The position numbers and the translations under genes were made by a program. A stretch of DNA of 64,000 bases, taken from Spirogloea muscicola. Its lineage: Eukaryota. This document shows positions 47,716 to 61,003 of this stretch, piece after piece. The notes below the pieces were generated by a model. The model made no database searches and had not been told where the DNA came from. It worked only from the letters and a program-made list of their open reading frames with translations. The DNA is taken from positions 1,531,678 through 1,595,677 of the forward strand of contig WELB01000001.1 in NCBI GenBank assembly GCA_009602725.1, read 5' to 3'. Position 1 is the stretch's first letter. The number at the start of each line of letters is the position of its first letter.

Positions 47716-50700
47716 GCCGTCTTCGCGCTGTCCACCAACCTCCTCCAGCTCGTCCTCCTGGAGATGCTGCCCCTGCTGGGCAAGCGCGCGCGCCTCCTCA
47801 ACTGGCGCCTCGACCTCGTCGCCCTCATCGCGCTCCTCGTCTTCGTGCTCCCCTACTACCACTGCTACATCGTCCTGCGTAACGGCGGTCTGTTTGCCGC
47901 TCCGAAACCCATCACCCCATTGTCGATTGCCGTTCGGTATTCGGGCATCAAGTAGCGATCGATCTCTACGTGCCGACTCGTGGTCACTGAGCGGGTCAGC
48001 TTGGCAGCAGGTGATGTGCATCTGTCGATGTGCCTGCCTTTGTACTCGGCCACTCAGGCCCTTCATCACCCATCATCCTCCTTGTGGCCCCACTCGACGG
48101 TCCAGCTCGAGTGTGCCCACTTCGTGGCGTCCCCCAGATGAGCCGCAGCTTGGCAAATCCTGAGAAACCCACACCCCTGAGACCACCTTGGCTTCCGGAT
48201 GCCTGGCAGGCATGCGCAGCGAGCGCGCGGGCCTTGGCGCCGTCGTCTTCCTCGCCGCCTTCCTCTACGCCTTCTGGCGCATGGGCATCCACTTCCCGAT
48301 GCCGTCCCCCGACAAAGGTGCAGACCCACTTCAGGCCTTGTGCTGCTTGCTCCTCTGCCGCTAAAGCCAAGACTATGGGAGAGAGCTCCATCCAGGCCCC
48401 GCGGCGTTGACGAGACCTGGCGTTGGCGTCCAGGCTTTTTCACGGTGGCGCAGCTGGTCAGCCGCATCGGCGTCATCGGTGTGTCACTCATGGCCATCCT
48501 GTCGGGCTTCGGAGCTGTCAACTTGCCCTACAGTTACCTCTCCCTCTTCATCAGGTCGCCGCCCTCCTTCCCTATCCGCTCCTTCTCTCCCTCTAGTCAA
48601 TGCAGGTGAATGTTTCCAGGAAAATCTAAAACCTCAACTCCATGCTGAGAAAGTGCACCGCATATTCAGGTCTGTACCTCAAAGTCAGCCTCATATCATT
48701 GTCGCCTTGCTTGCTTGCAAGAGCAGGAAGATTGAGGAGTCGGAGATCGCGGTGCTGGAGCGGCGGCTGATGCAGGCCATGGAGTCGTGCGTGGCAAGGA
48801 AGAAGAAGATTGTGCTATCACGAGTGGAGCAGGGCGAGCAGAACGGCTTGCACCCGGTTCGCACCCCTCTGCCATTGCAGCTTTGGCTGCCATCTTGCTG
48901 TGCAGCTGCTTGGACTTTCCCTGGATGGCAATCCAGAATTGTGCAATGCATGCCCGCCATGGCCGGAGGTCAATGCACACTGGTTAGACACAGCTGAGCT
49001 CTGCTGCTTGATTAAGTGCAAGAGGGGCATCCGCGGCAGCCTGTTGGGCCACAGGAGAAGCACTCCTACTTCAAGCGCCTCGTCACAACGGTGGTCCGCA
49101 CAGGCAAGCAGGACGAGCAAGAGGTTGGTGAGTGCTCGATTCTACCTCCTTCATGTGGCCTCCTAAATTCAGCTGCAGCGTCTTAGAGGTCGTGAAATTT
49201 CTCCTTAGCTCATGAGGGGGGCCTTGGCAACTGCTCGCCGTGGCAGACATACTCGGCATCGAGGGTGAGGTACACGCCCTTGAGGGTCTCTGCCAGACGC
49301 TGTTCGTGGAGATCTGTGAACTCCGGCAAGCCAAGGTGCGTTCCAGTCTTGGAGCTCTAGTCTTGGCCAATTTCTTGTGACCAGCTTGGCTTGTAGTAGT
49401 ATACAGAAGGGCCACTTTGTCTTGACTGCATTGCCGTTGCAGTTGCTTGCCTGCTAGTAACCCGAAAGTTTTATTGTCCAAGCATCCTGGCAAACTTAAA
49501 CCCCCTTTGCTGGTGCAATTATTGCCCCGTCAGCAAGCCATGGCGTACTCTCGTACCTGGCGCGGCCACGTGAAGAATCTGCTTGGCTATGCCTGCTCCA
49601 TATACTGTATATACAAAATGTATACGGTGCGCCCTCTAGTCCGGCATGTTAAGAGAAGTAGCAGAAAAGCACATGTGGCAGTGAGGCCTTTCCACATCCT
49701 TTGAGGAAGGACATAACATGATGAGAATAGTACGCAATAATAGATGATGAGAATAATAGACGATGAGAATAGTAGGCAATATAGTGTGATGAATCGATTC
49801 TTTATTTGACATCCTCATAGTGGCTGAAAGCCATGCCTGTGGGGGTTGGTGTTGTGCAGTCCTGCACGAGCCTGCTGCTCTTCAAGGAGGTAGATGCTTA
49901 CTTGCAGACCTTGTCTCGTGCTGCTTCAGGAGACACAGATTGATATAGAATGAGATAGCTGCGATGGAATGAACAGATGATAGCATCCAGCCGATGCTAG
50001 TATCTCATCATCAGCATCCCTCTTGTGCTGACGCCAAAGCTTTTGATTCGCTAAACTGTTGCAGACTAACAGCGAAGACCCAGTTTCTACGACCATCAGC
50101 CTCTCCTTGCATTACTTCCATGTGCAACTTAACGTAGCACTCTGGTCCCAGGTATATCCTCTCCGAATTTCTCTCTGTTCCTGACCACTCACTCCATGTG
50201 TGTGCAGTATACAGCTTGTTCCCAATTGCTGGCATTTGGCCTTGCTTAAACTGCTACAGTAGAAGGGCCGTGTTGTATTTGGTGTGCTATACATCTGGAT
50301 GGCAAGAGATAGTAGAGGATTCTGCCCCTGTCAATAGCAGGCATTGTCGACGATGAAGAAGCAGTTGTTGACCAGCCCGGCTGGAGGAGGCTGACACCAG
50401 TCAGCACTGTGAAGTCAACAAATATGCGATCTACTGCCTTCCTTCTGAGACATTGTGCCAGAATAGTTAGTGATCATGCGTGAGGTTTGTGCATTTTATT
50501 TCATGAAATTACGGCAGGCGCTTATTGACCCTCATCGTTTGCTCTTGCTCAGTACATCTCGCTGCTCTTCACAGGCGTTCTCATCACGGTGTCCCTGCGT
50601 GGCTTCCTGTTCAACCTGATGAGAGTATGGCTTCAAAGAGTGCAACCATTGCTCTTGGGTAGACAAGCCTATGCTGGCAGAAATGTAGCACAGCTGTGTT

Positions 50701-51267
50701 GAGCTCCAGGGTACCGCGCAATGCCACCATTCCATGACGCACTAAGTTTCACCTCTTGCTGCAGCTCCTCTTTACGATGTCGGGCGGCGCCAGCGGCGTG
50801 GGAAGCAATGTGGTGCTGTTCCTCACAGAGATCATGGGGATGTACTTCATCTCCCTTATTCTCCTCATCCGGAAGAGCCTTGCCAATAGATACCGGTGAG
50901 TACTTATCAGCCTGCCTCTTACAAAGTGAACTGCAAGTTGCAGGCACACCTGCAAACAACTGCTACAATCCGTGACCTGCTCCATCTGTCACTTTGCTAG
51001 GATGATTATGGATTAAGGACAACGTAGACACAGGTGCCCTGATTGCATGTGCAGTTGTTAACTAAGTGGTCGATAGTCTCTGATCAACCAACCAAATCAA
51101 GCTGTTCTTGCAGAGTCATTATCACCGACGTGCTGGGAGGTGACATCCAATTCAATTTCTACCACCGATGGTTCGACGCCATCTTCGTTGCCAGCGCCAT
51201 TCTTTCAATATTTTTCATTGCTGCACATCACACATCGCGGCGGATAGACAAGGCGCCGATTGATTGA
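47716..51267 (+). CDS. GTG1: GPCR-type G protein / Golgi pH regulator (GTG/GPR89/COLD1 family); N-terminus lost at gap
   Basis: [18 protein letters not shown]...[98 protein letters not shown]...APID*. Exons are GT-AG and in phase. Confidence 0.95.
47920..48065 (+). mobile_element. Family-A LINE 3' tail inside the first visible GTG intron, sense orientation
   Basis: gactcgtggtcactgagcgggtcagc...gtgcctgcctttgtactcggccactcaggccc. Confidence 0.8.
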
Positions 51268-51582
51268 GGTTGATCAAGCTTGTTGTCCATCTCAACACCA
51301 TCTAGTACTCAATTCAGAGATGTGCCGCTGCCCATTGTCAATAATTGGAGATGGATATTTGCAACTTAGTATACATTGCATAACTGGTAAACAAAGGGCA
51401 AGACAAGGAGCAACCTGCAGAAGTGGGTTCACTCATGTGGTTGTCTATTAAGTGTGTATTATGTTACAAATAGATGTTGTCCATAGCTGTCCTGGAGCTG
51501 TGCTAGCACCGCTGCAATTGTAATGAGCCAGTCCATTGAGGTGAGCAACCTCAAAGACATTCATTCTGCACAAGGTCTTCAT

Positions 51583-54500
51583 TCAGGATCTCTGTGAAGT
51601 CGGAAAAGCCATGGCCACGCCTACATCGCTGGACTTCCATTGGGCGCTGACAGTCTTAACTTGGGTAAAGAAGTGTACACCGGCCTTGCCTGCACGCAGA
51701 CAACATGGACAAACGGCAATCAGCCCCATGTTCAGAAAGATATGCTGCGCAAATATGAAATAAACACGTGCACATTGACACAAAAGTTTCGCAAGGGTAT
51801 AGTCAACAGCTCCAAACATGGGGCAGGAATTGAGAGATGAGGAATTGCAGAAATAGCAGTGAACAAAAGATGCTGGCAAAGTCGGCCACATACTCATGTC
51901 AACAGTTGGAAGCTCTACCACAAAAGCAATCTAGAAAGGCAGGTGAAAGTAAAGTATTACCGTAGAAGTTCAGGTCGCCTGCAAATGAACCTCTGGAGCC
52001 AGTGAAGGAGAAAAAGGGTAGTGGCACAGGAATGGGCACGTTGATACCAACCTGCCAAGGCGACAAAGTGCCTGCTCAATGCTTGCCAATACAGATTCCA
52101 GAGGTAGCAGACCGAATCAAACCCTTCGAATAATCAATCTCCCAGCTCATTTGTATGTCTATTATGCACAGTTGCTGACTCAGACTTGCTGCAAACATTT
52201 GAAGCTTGTAAGAAGCAACACCTGTCCAACGTCCACTTCGTGCTGAAATTTCCTTGCAGCGGCGCCAGATCGCGTGAAGATGGCCGTCCCATTGCCATAC
52301 CTGAACAAGAAGATTGGGAAAACAACCCATGTAAGATTGTAACAATTGGGATAGTCTCCATGAATCTCCGCAGTTATTGCAAATATGGTGTGCCATGCAA
52401 CGATCATGCCAAACTTGCCAAGATCTTGACTCTGGTCCAATGAGGAGTTTCCCTCCATATGAGCAGATTGCTGCAGCTAGTGGAGCGGAGCGAGATTTAC
52501 CGGTTGGTGTTGATGGTGTTGATTGCGTTGTCAAGCGTGTCTTCCTGCATGTCAGATACTGATGCATCTCAGCTGCACTCGTAGGCTTCTATGCCCTAGT
52601 CGCACTTCAGCTAATTTGACACACTCCTTGCACTAGCTGACAACTGCCATGAGATTGTTGTCAGCAACGGATGCCCCCTGAGTGGTTTGGCAAACAGAAG
52701 GGGGCCAGGCAGCGCAGCGATCTCGTTACCTTCATGAGGAGGAGAACAGGCCCGAAAATCTCCTCCTGGTCAAGTCACAGAAGACCTGCCGCCTCAGTCG
52801 GGTATCATCACAAAAATCCAGCAGCTAAACCCTAAAACGCCCTTGACTGATACCTGTATCCATCATGGATGGGGTTGGACAGATGGGTGTTGTGTCATGC
52901 AATACCTTGTAACATTCCATGTCAGGTGTGACGTCTGCAATAAGCGTCGGCCCGACAAAGTTCCCTTCCTCGTACCCTTCCACCTGCAAAGGTGACGTTA
53001 TGCCAATCCAGATTTAAGAAGCAATCTACATATCCCAAGCAGGGCCATAGAGCTCACCACATAAATTCAGAGTCTGTGATAAAGTGCTTGACCAACCAGT
53101 GTATACACATGGCACACAAAAGCAGAAGCTTGCATACCTTGATGTCCCGTCCATCAAGCACGAGCCTGGCACCTTGGTCCACGGCACTCTGGATGAGCCG
53201 GTGTATGCCGTCTTTTGCCTGCAAGCAATTAAGGCAAAGATTTACTGTGCAGCCTCCATGTACATGTAGGCAACCTGATGGTTAGAGTACCTGCTGGACT
53301 AATTGCTTCTGTGGTGATGCCAGCCTCTTCAACTCGATAATGGCAGAATAGCAAATCAATAGGCAGCGCAATCATAACCGCACCCTAAAGCGTGCTGCAT
53401 GACCACTTATTGAGGCAGCACGCAAAGCCTCACCTGCTTGCTGATAACGGGCCCCAGGTCCGCATCCGGCTCTGTGCCAGCGCTCACCCTCAGCTTCTTC
53501 GCACGCTGCAGTAGGCCAGCTTCCCTAAGAGGCAACCAAAATGCAGCCTCTTGTTGAGGGACCTTACTTGGAGCTTGCTTTGACAAAGCAACAGACATTG
53601 ATTGTCTTTGCCCTGCTCCAAATTGTTGGGACATGCACATTAAGCAGATCCCAGCATTAAATTGATAAGTCTGCCAAGTACATGCAAATAGATTCTTATA
53701 AAGTGGGGTACATACTTGTTGGCCCTTGAGGCTGACTACGACTGTACCAAAATATATATGTGCATCTAAGATTGGGCAACATCCATTTGCTACCCACCAG
53801 GGCTCCGACCCGCCAACAAATACTGCAGTACTGATTGCCATGCAGCGCTGGCCAGCGGCTCCAAATGCGGCACCCGTTAAAGCATTGCAGGCTTGCTCCA
53901 TGTCAGCATCCGGCAGGACAACTGCATGATTTTTGGCTCCCATGTTGCTCTTGAGAAAAGCATACCAGAGGAGTGCATGATCAGTGCCGAGCTCAGATGT
54001 AGAGTGCTGGAATGAGTCACTGATCAGCCAACATTCTGAAAAGAGCACAACGAGAGCCAATGCAGCATGCATTCAAGACACAAGACTAGGGGGCTTGCGT
54101 CTGCAGTGGCACCTGCACACGCTTGCCATGAGCACAGGCTCGACTGTAGATGTGGCGACCGGCCTAGTAATAAGAGACATGCCAAGATGGTCAGAGAAGG
54201 TCAGCTTGGCGGCTTGGCCAGCTCCCTGCAGGCTCGACGAGAGAAGGATACTGAGGTTGGCGGAAGAGCAATCTCACACTTTCCTTCCCCATACTCCTAA
54301 AAAGCTTGTAACTCCAGCTGTTCTGACATGAGACACACGAGAAACATGCAGTGGCAAGCATGCAACAATCGTTCCTGCTGGGCTGCACAAAGCTGCCAGG
54401 AACTTACAATGTCAGAGCCGACGAAGGATATAGCCCGAATGTCAGGGTGGTCACAGATCTTGTTCACGATGTCCTGCACGACACTGTGAACCTCGTCAGG

Positions 54501-56633
54501 GCCAAAGTTTCCACAATAATCCACAGCGTCTGTCAGCACCTTACAACATTCTTGTGAAGTGCAGAAGCTTGTGCAGGAGCTTGCAGATTGAGATTATCAG
54601 AAAGATATTGCAGCTTGCGGTGGCGACAATGATGGCCCATGCTACAGGGTTTCCAGTGCTGGCAGATTTAAAAGGAGGGGAAGGAGCCCACATGGGTACC
54701 ATGTATGATGTTGAGCACGCCGGGTGGGAGGCCAGCCTCCATTGCCAGCTCCGAAAGCATCGCCGCAGCACCTGACACCGCGAGCAAGTCTGCTAGCTTC
54801 TGGGCTTGATAAAGACGGCGAGCAGAGTGGACATCTCGAGCTCAGTATAAATAACCACTCACAAAGCTGAAGTTCTTTTCAGTCCACAGGACCGATCCTT
54901 GCCAACTTCCGTGTATAAGTACAAGCATCGCTCGTTGGGCACGGCCACTGTGCATGGGCAGGATGTGCGAAGGCCACACCTGGGTCTTTCTCTGACGGCT
55001 TTAGGATGTATGTGTTGCCGCATGTGACGGCCATGGGAAACATCTGCATTGCACGAGCGCCAACGGCCACGCTCATCAAGAAGGGGGCCACTGCAAATAG
55101 CCAGAGTTTTGCTAGCTGCTGCTTTGCTGTCCTCGCTGCCCTCGTGTCAGAAAAGGTTGCAGCTCGACTTTAGCCCAATATGCAGTCCTGGGCAACTCCC
55201 GGCTGTCAAATCAGCCCCAACTTGTAGGTACATTTAAGATCAGGGACTGCCTGTCTGTCTTTGGATATCCTTGATCAGAGCACTGGGCCGCTTTCTTGCG
55301 GCAGGAGCATGCAGCCAACGAGCACTGGGGTCGTTATCAGTTGCTACGAAGCTTGTGGGAGCTCAAGCCTTGGTCTCCTCACCCAAAGCGGGATCATGGC
55401 AGGAAAGTTGAAGGGGCAGATGCCTGCGCAGACACCGAGCGGCTGTCGGATGCTGTACGTGTCGATGCCCGCTGATACATTCTCGACGAGCTCGCCCATG
55501 AGTGCAGTCGGCATGCCGCACGCCTGCTCCACCACCTCTGCCCTTTGCCCGCCAGGCACTGCCGTCAATCTCGTCTTAAGGGTGCTAGGAAGGACAGCAA
55601 CTTGGGTGGCAGCAGCAGAGTGCGGGCTCGTCCTCTGTGCAAGCGAGCCATGTAATGGCGCGGCGTGCACAGGGGTTGGCCATCGTGCTAGTGCGCACCG
55701 AGGCCGCGGAATACATCGCCCCGGGCGTCTGCCAGCGTCTTGCCCTGCTCAATTGTCACTGCCATTGCCAGCTTGTCCTGCAGAGGGGCACAATAGCAAC
55801 AGTCATCGCTTGCAAGGGTACATTAGTTGGGGTGTTGAAGGACAAGTGTGGATTAGAAGGTTGCCATGCAGGCAAGCTTGCAAGCTCAACCGGCAGTCAC
55901 CATCCACAGGGCTCAGGCTTAGGTGGGCATCTGTATCTCCTTGCATGCTAACACAACGGATCAGGCCACGGGGAGCAAGCCATCACAGGAGTTGGTTCAA
56001 GGCAGAGAGTGCACGACCACCGGTCACTGACACTCAGCGACCCCCTCACACGGCGCTTGTTCTCTCAGGTGCTGCAGGCCAGGGCACTCCTCACAAGGTC
56101 TACCAATATTATAGATCTATGTTATATTGGTCTACCAAATATGATCTTAATGAGATAAGAAAAGGATGAGACAAGCTAAGACTGGGGACCACGAAGCAGA
56201 GGTGGTGCTTCAAGGGGGCGCGCACCATGTTCTCCCGGACGAGCGCCTGCAGCCGGAACATGACCCGCGCGCGGGCGGTGACAGGCGTGGCCCGCCAGGC
56301 GGGGTAGGCGTCGCGCGCGGCGGCCACCGCGGCCTCGAATTCCGCGCCGGTCGCCAGCGGGACACGGCTCACCAGCTCCTGCGTCGCCTGCTCCGCGGGG
56401 CTCGCGCGGCCCTCTGCCAAGCGGCTCTCAGGCCCCTCTGCCGCCGCCGCCGCCGCCGCCGCCTCCGCCTGCCCTCCGGCTGCCCGAGGAATGCCCGGAA
56501 TACGCGACGGCTTCGGCGCCGTCTCTGCCGGCGCCGGCAGCGCGACTGTCTGGTGCGGTCTTGCAGCGGATGCTGGTCTAGGCAATGCGAAGGACGGCGG
56601 CGGCGGCCGCCGTCGCGGCCCTTTCCTGTACAT
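51583..56633 (-). CDS. ALDH6B2: Methylmalonate-semialdehyde dehydrogenase (ALDH6B); 5' end uncertain
   Basis: [11 protein letters not shown]...[50 protein letters not shown]...[11 protein letters not shown] (catalytic Cys); [40 protein letters not shown]...PTSQRS*. Confidence 0.95.
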
Positions 56634-57177
56634 GGATTTGGCGTCGTCCGCGTTTCTGCGGCGATGGCCTCGTCAATTTCAACGGAACGCGCGGCTGGCA
56701 AACCGGCGCTACGCCAGAGCCGGCGAATCACTGCGCTGCTGTGGGCCTCGTCTCGAATCCTCCAAATCTCAGTGGTCGTCCCCTGACTGACTGGCCGCTG
56801 CTCCCGCCCTGCCCAACTTCTCGCAGAGAAACGCCGGCGGCGGCCGCGGGCGGCCAAGGCCCGGTGCGACGGCGGCAGAACCTCGCGCTTCTTCATCTTC
56901 CTCGTCGCCTTCTCGATCATCGCATGGGTAAGGCCGACACTCCGCCTCGCTTTTAAATTCCCAGAAATATCTCTGATTTGGTTCTACCGTTGTGTTGCCT
57001 TCTCTATCGTGTTAGGTGCTTGTGGAGTTGCCAGTCCAGAGAGCGCTGGCTGGTCTTGTGCGATGCCTTGAGCTGACAACAACGCGCGGCTTCTACGTGG
57101 GTCTGTCGAGCAGATGTCGTACATGTTCCTCACCAAGGACGAGGAGTAGGAGCCAGGCTCACGGCACCCAACTGGAN

Positions 57178-58761
57178 CGGCGGCGGCGGTGGGCTGGCGT
57201 CGCCGCGCGGCGGGCTAGCAGCGGCCGGTGGCGCACCCCCTGGGGACGACGACCGCGGCGAGCTCGTGCTCAACGAGAACTTTGCGCAGGAGACGGTGGT
57301 CACCGTCGAGGACCCCAATATGTGAGCGCGCCGCTGCTGCACGGGCAGGCGCGCGCTTGGCAGGGGCCCCGGATGGCTGTGGCGGGTGACGCACCGCCGT
57401 TGTTGCCGCTGCCACGCCAGGGTGAAGTACGTGGAGCAGGAGCTGGCGAAGCGCAAAGGCGTGGCGCTGGCGGCGCAGAGCGCTGAGGAGGCCCTGCAGT
57501 CTGCTGAGGACGAGCTCTACCGCGTCCCCGACCACCTCAAGGTGCACGCAGCATTGGCGGGCGCCGCAACAGCACTGCTGCCCAACAGTGGTGCTGGGTG
57601 TTGCTTGTTGCGACAAGCTCTGGTGTGAAGCTCTGGATGCCCGACTGCCGTGTAGGCTTGCCGGGCTTGCCAGCCCGCTTCCGGCGAGCAGTGTGCTAGA
57701 CGCGTGAGACGACGGAAGGCAGCCATGGCCTGCCCCTGTTGCTACCACTGGCCTGGCAGGTGGCGCAGCGCAGTGCAGACGAGGGTTCCACGGCGTGGAC
57801 GACTGGCATTGCGGAGGTCCAGCTGCCAATTGAGTGCGCATGCGCAGCCCCCGCCCGCTGCGCATACCTAGGACGACACCAAAGAAAGGGAAGCCGCTTT
57901 TGGCTAGAGTTGCATGGTTGTGTTGTCTTTACGGCATATGGTTGAGGTTGTTAGGATGTCAAGAGCTGGGGCTCTGCAAGAGTTGGGGTAGTCAAGCTCT
58001 GGCAGCTCCGAGGGTGCCAGTGGCAGCCCATGTTGCAGGCTGCAGACTGAACATCACGTGGACGGGTTGGCCATGAAAATGTGGCTTATTTGACTATTGC
58101 TCGCCCGCAGGTACAAGCTGAGCAACATTGAGGAGACGGAGGCAGCAAAGAAGCACCTGCAGGAGTCACGACCGCTTGTCGGGCGCAGGTCCGCAGTCGC
58201 CCGTGCTTCCGTGGGCCTCACAGCCAATTTTCCCACGCGCCGCTCCCCGCTGACAGCCCCTGCTTGATGCAGGCCGCCTGGCCCTGCAATTGCCCTATTT
58301 GCCGCGTATGGAGCTTATTGACGGCTCCTTTCCAGCATCTATACCGTCCCTTGATCTCTAACAAGTCCTCCCTCTCTGCAAGCTGCCTGGGCAGGAAGGC
58401 AGAGTCCACACTACCGGCGAGCTTCAGCGCAGACTACCACCAACGTGGTCGCGACTTTGCCGAGACACAGCGCCGAGGTCAGCTCCCGTCGGGCCCCACT
58501 ACAGGTTGCGGTTGCCAAACATGCAAGCTTGGGCGATGTCGATGTATGATATGCAGATTGTCAAATCCATGGGTGCTAGAAATTGAGCATTCTCTAATGT
58601 CCTTCCTACCACTTTGAGCAGCGAGTGTGGCCGCCAACAAGGACGGCCGGAAGGACGCGCCCCCAGGCGGCGGCGAGGAGGGCCGGCGGCTGGCGGCCAC
58701 AGACGAGATCATGCTGGAGCGGTTCCGGAAGCGCGAGCGCAACCGCATGATGCGGCGGTAG
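57178..58761 (+). CDS. CSU2: CSU2 / C9orf78 / Tls1-like (HCA59 domain) splicing-associated protein; 5' end lost at gap
   Basis: ELVLNENFAQETVVTVEDPNM|VKYVEQELAKRKG; DELYRVPDHLK; WTTGIAEVQLPIE|YKLSNIEETEAAKK; AATDEIMLERFRKRERNRMMRR*. Confidence 0.9.
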
Positions 58762-59519
58762 CAAGCAGCCGGTGCACGATGGCAAGAGTGCAGCTGCGCC
58801 AAGCCCGTCGGCCGGCCACATGTGGCGAGCCTGCCCGCTGCGGAAAGTGGGGAAAGAGTTGGGGTCAGGGGATCTCTCGGTTTCGGCCCATTGGACCATG
58901 TACATTCCTTTGGGGCTGGCCGATCACAGCCGCTGCCTTACTTTGTAAGAGCTGCTTCCTTCTCAATTGGGCGCGAGTGGAGAGCAGGGGAGCGTGGAGT
59001 AGGTAAGGAGCAGTGGTTGGGAAGGCGTGGCCGAAGCGGCCGCCTTGGCACTAGCGTTTGCCTGAACAGTGAATTGCCTTAAATTGGCCTGCCTGTCGTT
59101 TCATGCGAACGGCGTGACTTCGCTGGTTGGGCCGGGGCTGCTGGGGCGGGCGGGCCGCAGTCTACGCCAGTCTACGGCGACGCCCACCTGAGGCTCCATC
59201 CGCGCTGCGAGCGCCAGGGCAGCCACTTGCGAGAAATAGAAGAAAGTGCTCGCCCATTGAGAATAGGGGCTGGAAAAGCCAGCCCAAAAAAGAATCAACA
59301 AAGAACGAGAAGGGGGCCAGGGTAAGCGCTAAGATAAACAAGCACACAAAGAAACAAAGCAGCTACGGATCACTCAGTAACCCCTGCTAAGCAGCCTTAG
59401 GTCAGAGACGCTAGGCTCCTGGAAGTGGGTCCCAATAGGAGAAATAGCTCTTCCAAGGTTAGGCAGTGGCCGTCAGAGGCCAGCCCAATGCAAATAGCCC
59501 TTGCAAAGTGCAAAGTAAG

Positions 59520-59965
59520 CAATTTCGTGTATTTGGAACAAACGAAGGCCAAACGGCCAAGTACAAAGGCAAGCACATCTAAAGACCTACATGACCTACA
59601 GCAGATTGACCCGCTCAGTAACCTCGGGTCAAAACATAAAGGTCGCTATTCGATGCCTGAATACTGGATGTCAGATACGAAGCCCTTCTACCACCAACTA
59701 GAGCTCGTCCAGCTTTCTGGTGCAAGGCATTAGCCTGAGCACGCTGCAAACAGGCCGAAACTCGTCGTCGCAAGAAAGACAGATATGCAGCTGGTAAGCC
59801 CATCTTAGCCGGAAACACATCTGCACGACGTGTGTAGCCGAGATTGGCAATGTTTTGGAGGATGGTGTGGAAACGAGGACCCAGACAGCCAAAGATGTCA
59901 ATTGCCGCTGGCAGGAGCTGGTCGAAAGTGGAAAACGTGTGATCGAAAGTAAGGCGATGGTGTGA
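59520..59965 (-). mobile_element. Well-preserved 5'-truncated family-A LINE
   Basis: Open frame LLPAAIDIFGCLGPRFHTILQNIANLG...LRRRVSACLQRAQANALHQKAGRA plus the 3' UTR hairpin. Confidence 0.88.
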
Positions 59966-61003
59966 GAAGAGCTTGCACACGAGGGAGAACGACTAACCCG
60001 CAGAGGGCGATGGCTGTGATTGGCCAGCCCCGAGAAGGGGCCAGAAGGCGCGGAAACCACAACGACTCGAAGTGGCGCTGGGTGCATGATATCCCCTCTT
60101 GAGCCACCAGTCAATCTGGCCGCGCTTTCTTCTTGAGCAGCAGCGGGTCAGCGAGGCTGGTCCTCGAACTTTTGTTCTCTGCTGGCTGACCAATCACAGC
60201 CATCGCCCTGGAAAAGGGTCTTACTCTCAACTAGTTTCCGGGTAGCTAAACCCCCGCGGGCTTTTGGGCTTTTTCAGGCTTCGCGGTAACCACTGCGCCC
60301 CGGCGGCGGGACGAGGGAGGTGCTTGGGCAAGCGGCGGAATGCGGGGCGGCGGGCGGGAAGGGGCTAGAGAGTGATGGGCTGGCCGGGCGGGCGGGCGGG
60401 CGCCAGCTGGCGGGGCGCGGGGGGGCCTTGCTGACCCGGCCGGGCTCCGCCGCCCCCCGCCCTCCCTCCTCCCAGGCGAACGGCATAGTAGCTGAATAAT
60501 GTGCTTGTGGGGAGGGAGGGCATGGGGCCCCGCGCACGTGGTGAGGGCTTCCCGGGGGCCCACGCCTGGCGCGTGGCAGCGCCGCCCGCCCGACCGCGGG
60601 GGAGATCGGATGGGGGCAGCACGTGCGCGGCGCCTCCACTTGGCGCCCGTGCGCCACGCGGCGCCCGCAGAGGCGCCCCGCTGACGCCACGCAAGGGGGT
60701 ACGGTCGATCGTTCCGGGGAGTAGTCAGGGCAGGCGGCGCCCAGACGCGCGACACGTGGGGGATGGTCGTACGCGCTCTCCCCGCGCACCGCCGCCCCGC
60801 CATTCCCTCTCTCCGAATCCACTAGGAAGAATGACCGGGCGCCTCGCCCCAGCACCGGGCGGGGGAGGCGGGGGCCCTCCCCCCCGAAAGCCCCGTCCGT
60901 ACGAGGAACGCTCCGCGTGCCCGGGACGCCCCCTCCNAAGCCAAACACGGGCAGTGGGAGGCATTGCTAGGAATTCTCTGCTTTAAGTGCAAAATGACTA
61001 TAC

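Noticed and set aside
49715..49790. Short gatgagaatag tandem repeat in a GTG intron
   Set aside because: Ordinary slippage minisatellite.
60246..60936. Long GC-rich ORFs on both strands
   Set aside because: No recognisable motif; the stop-poor composition explains them, and the expected last TAD2 exon is not in them.
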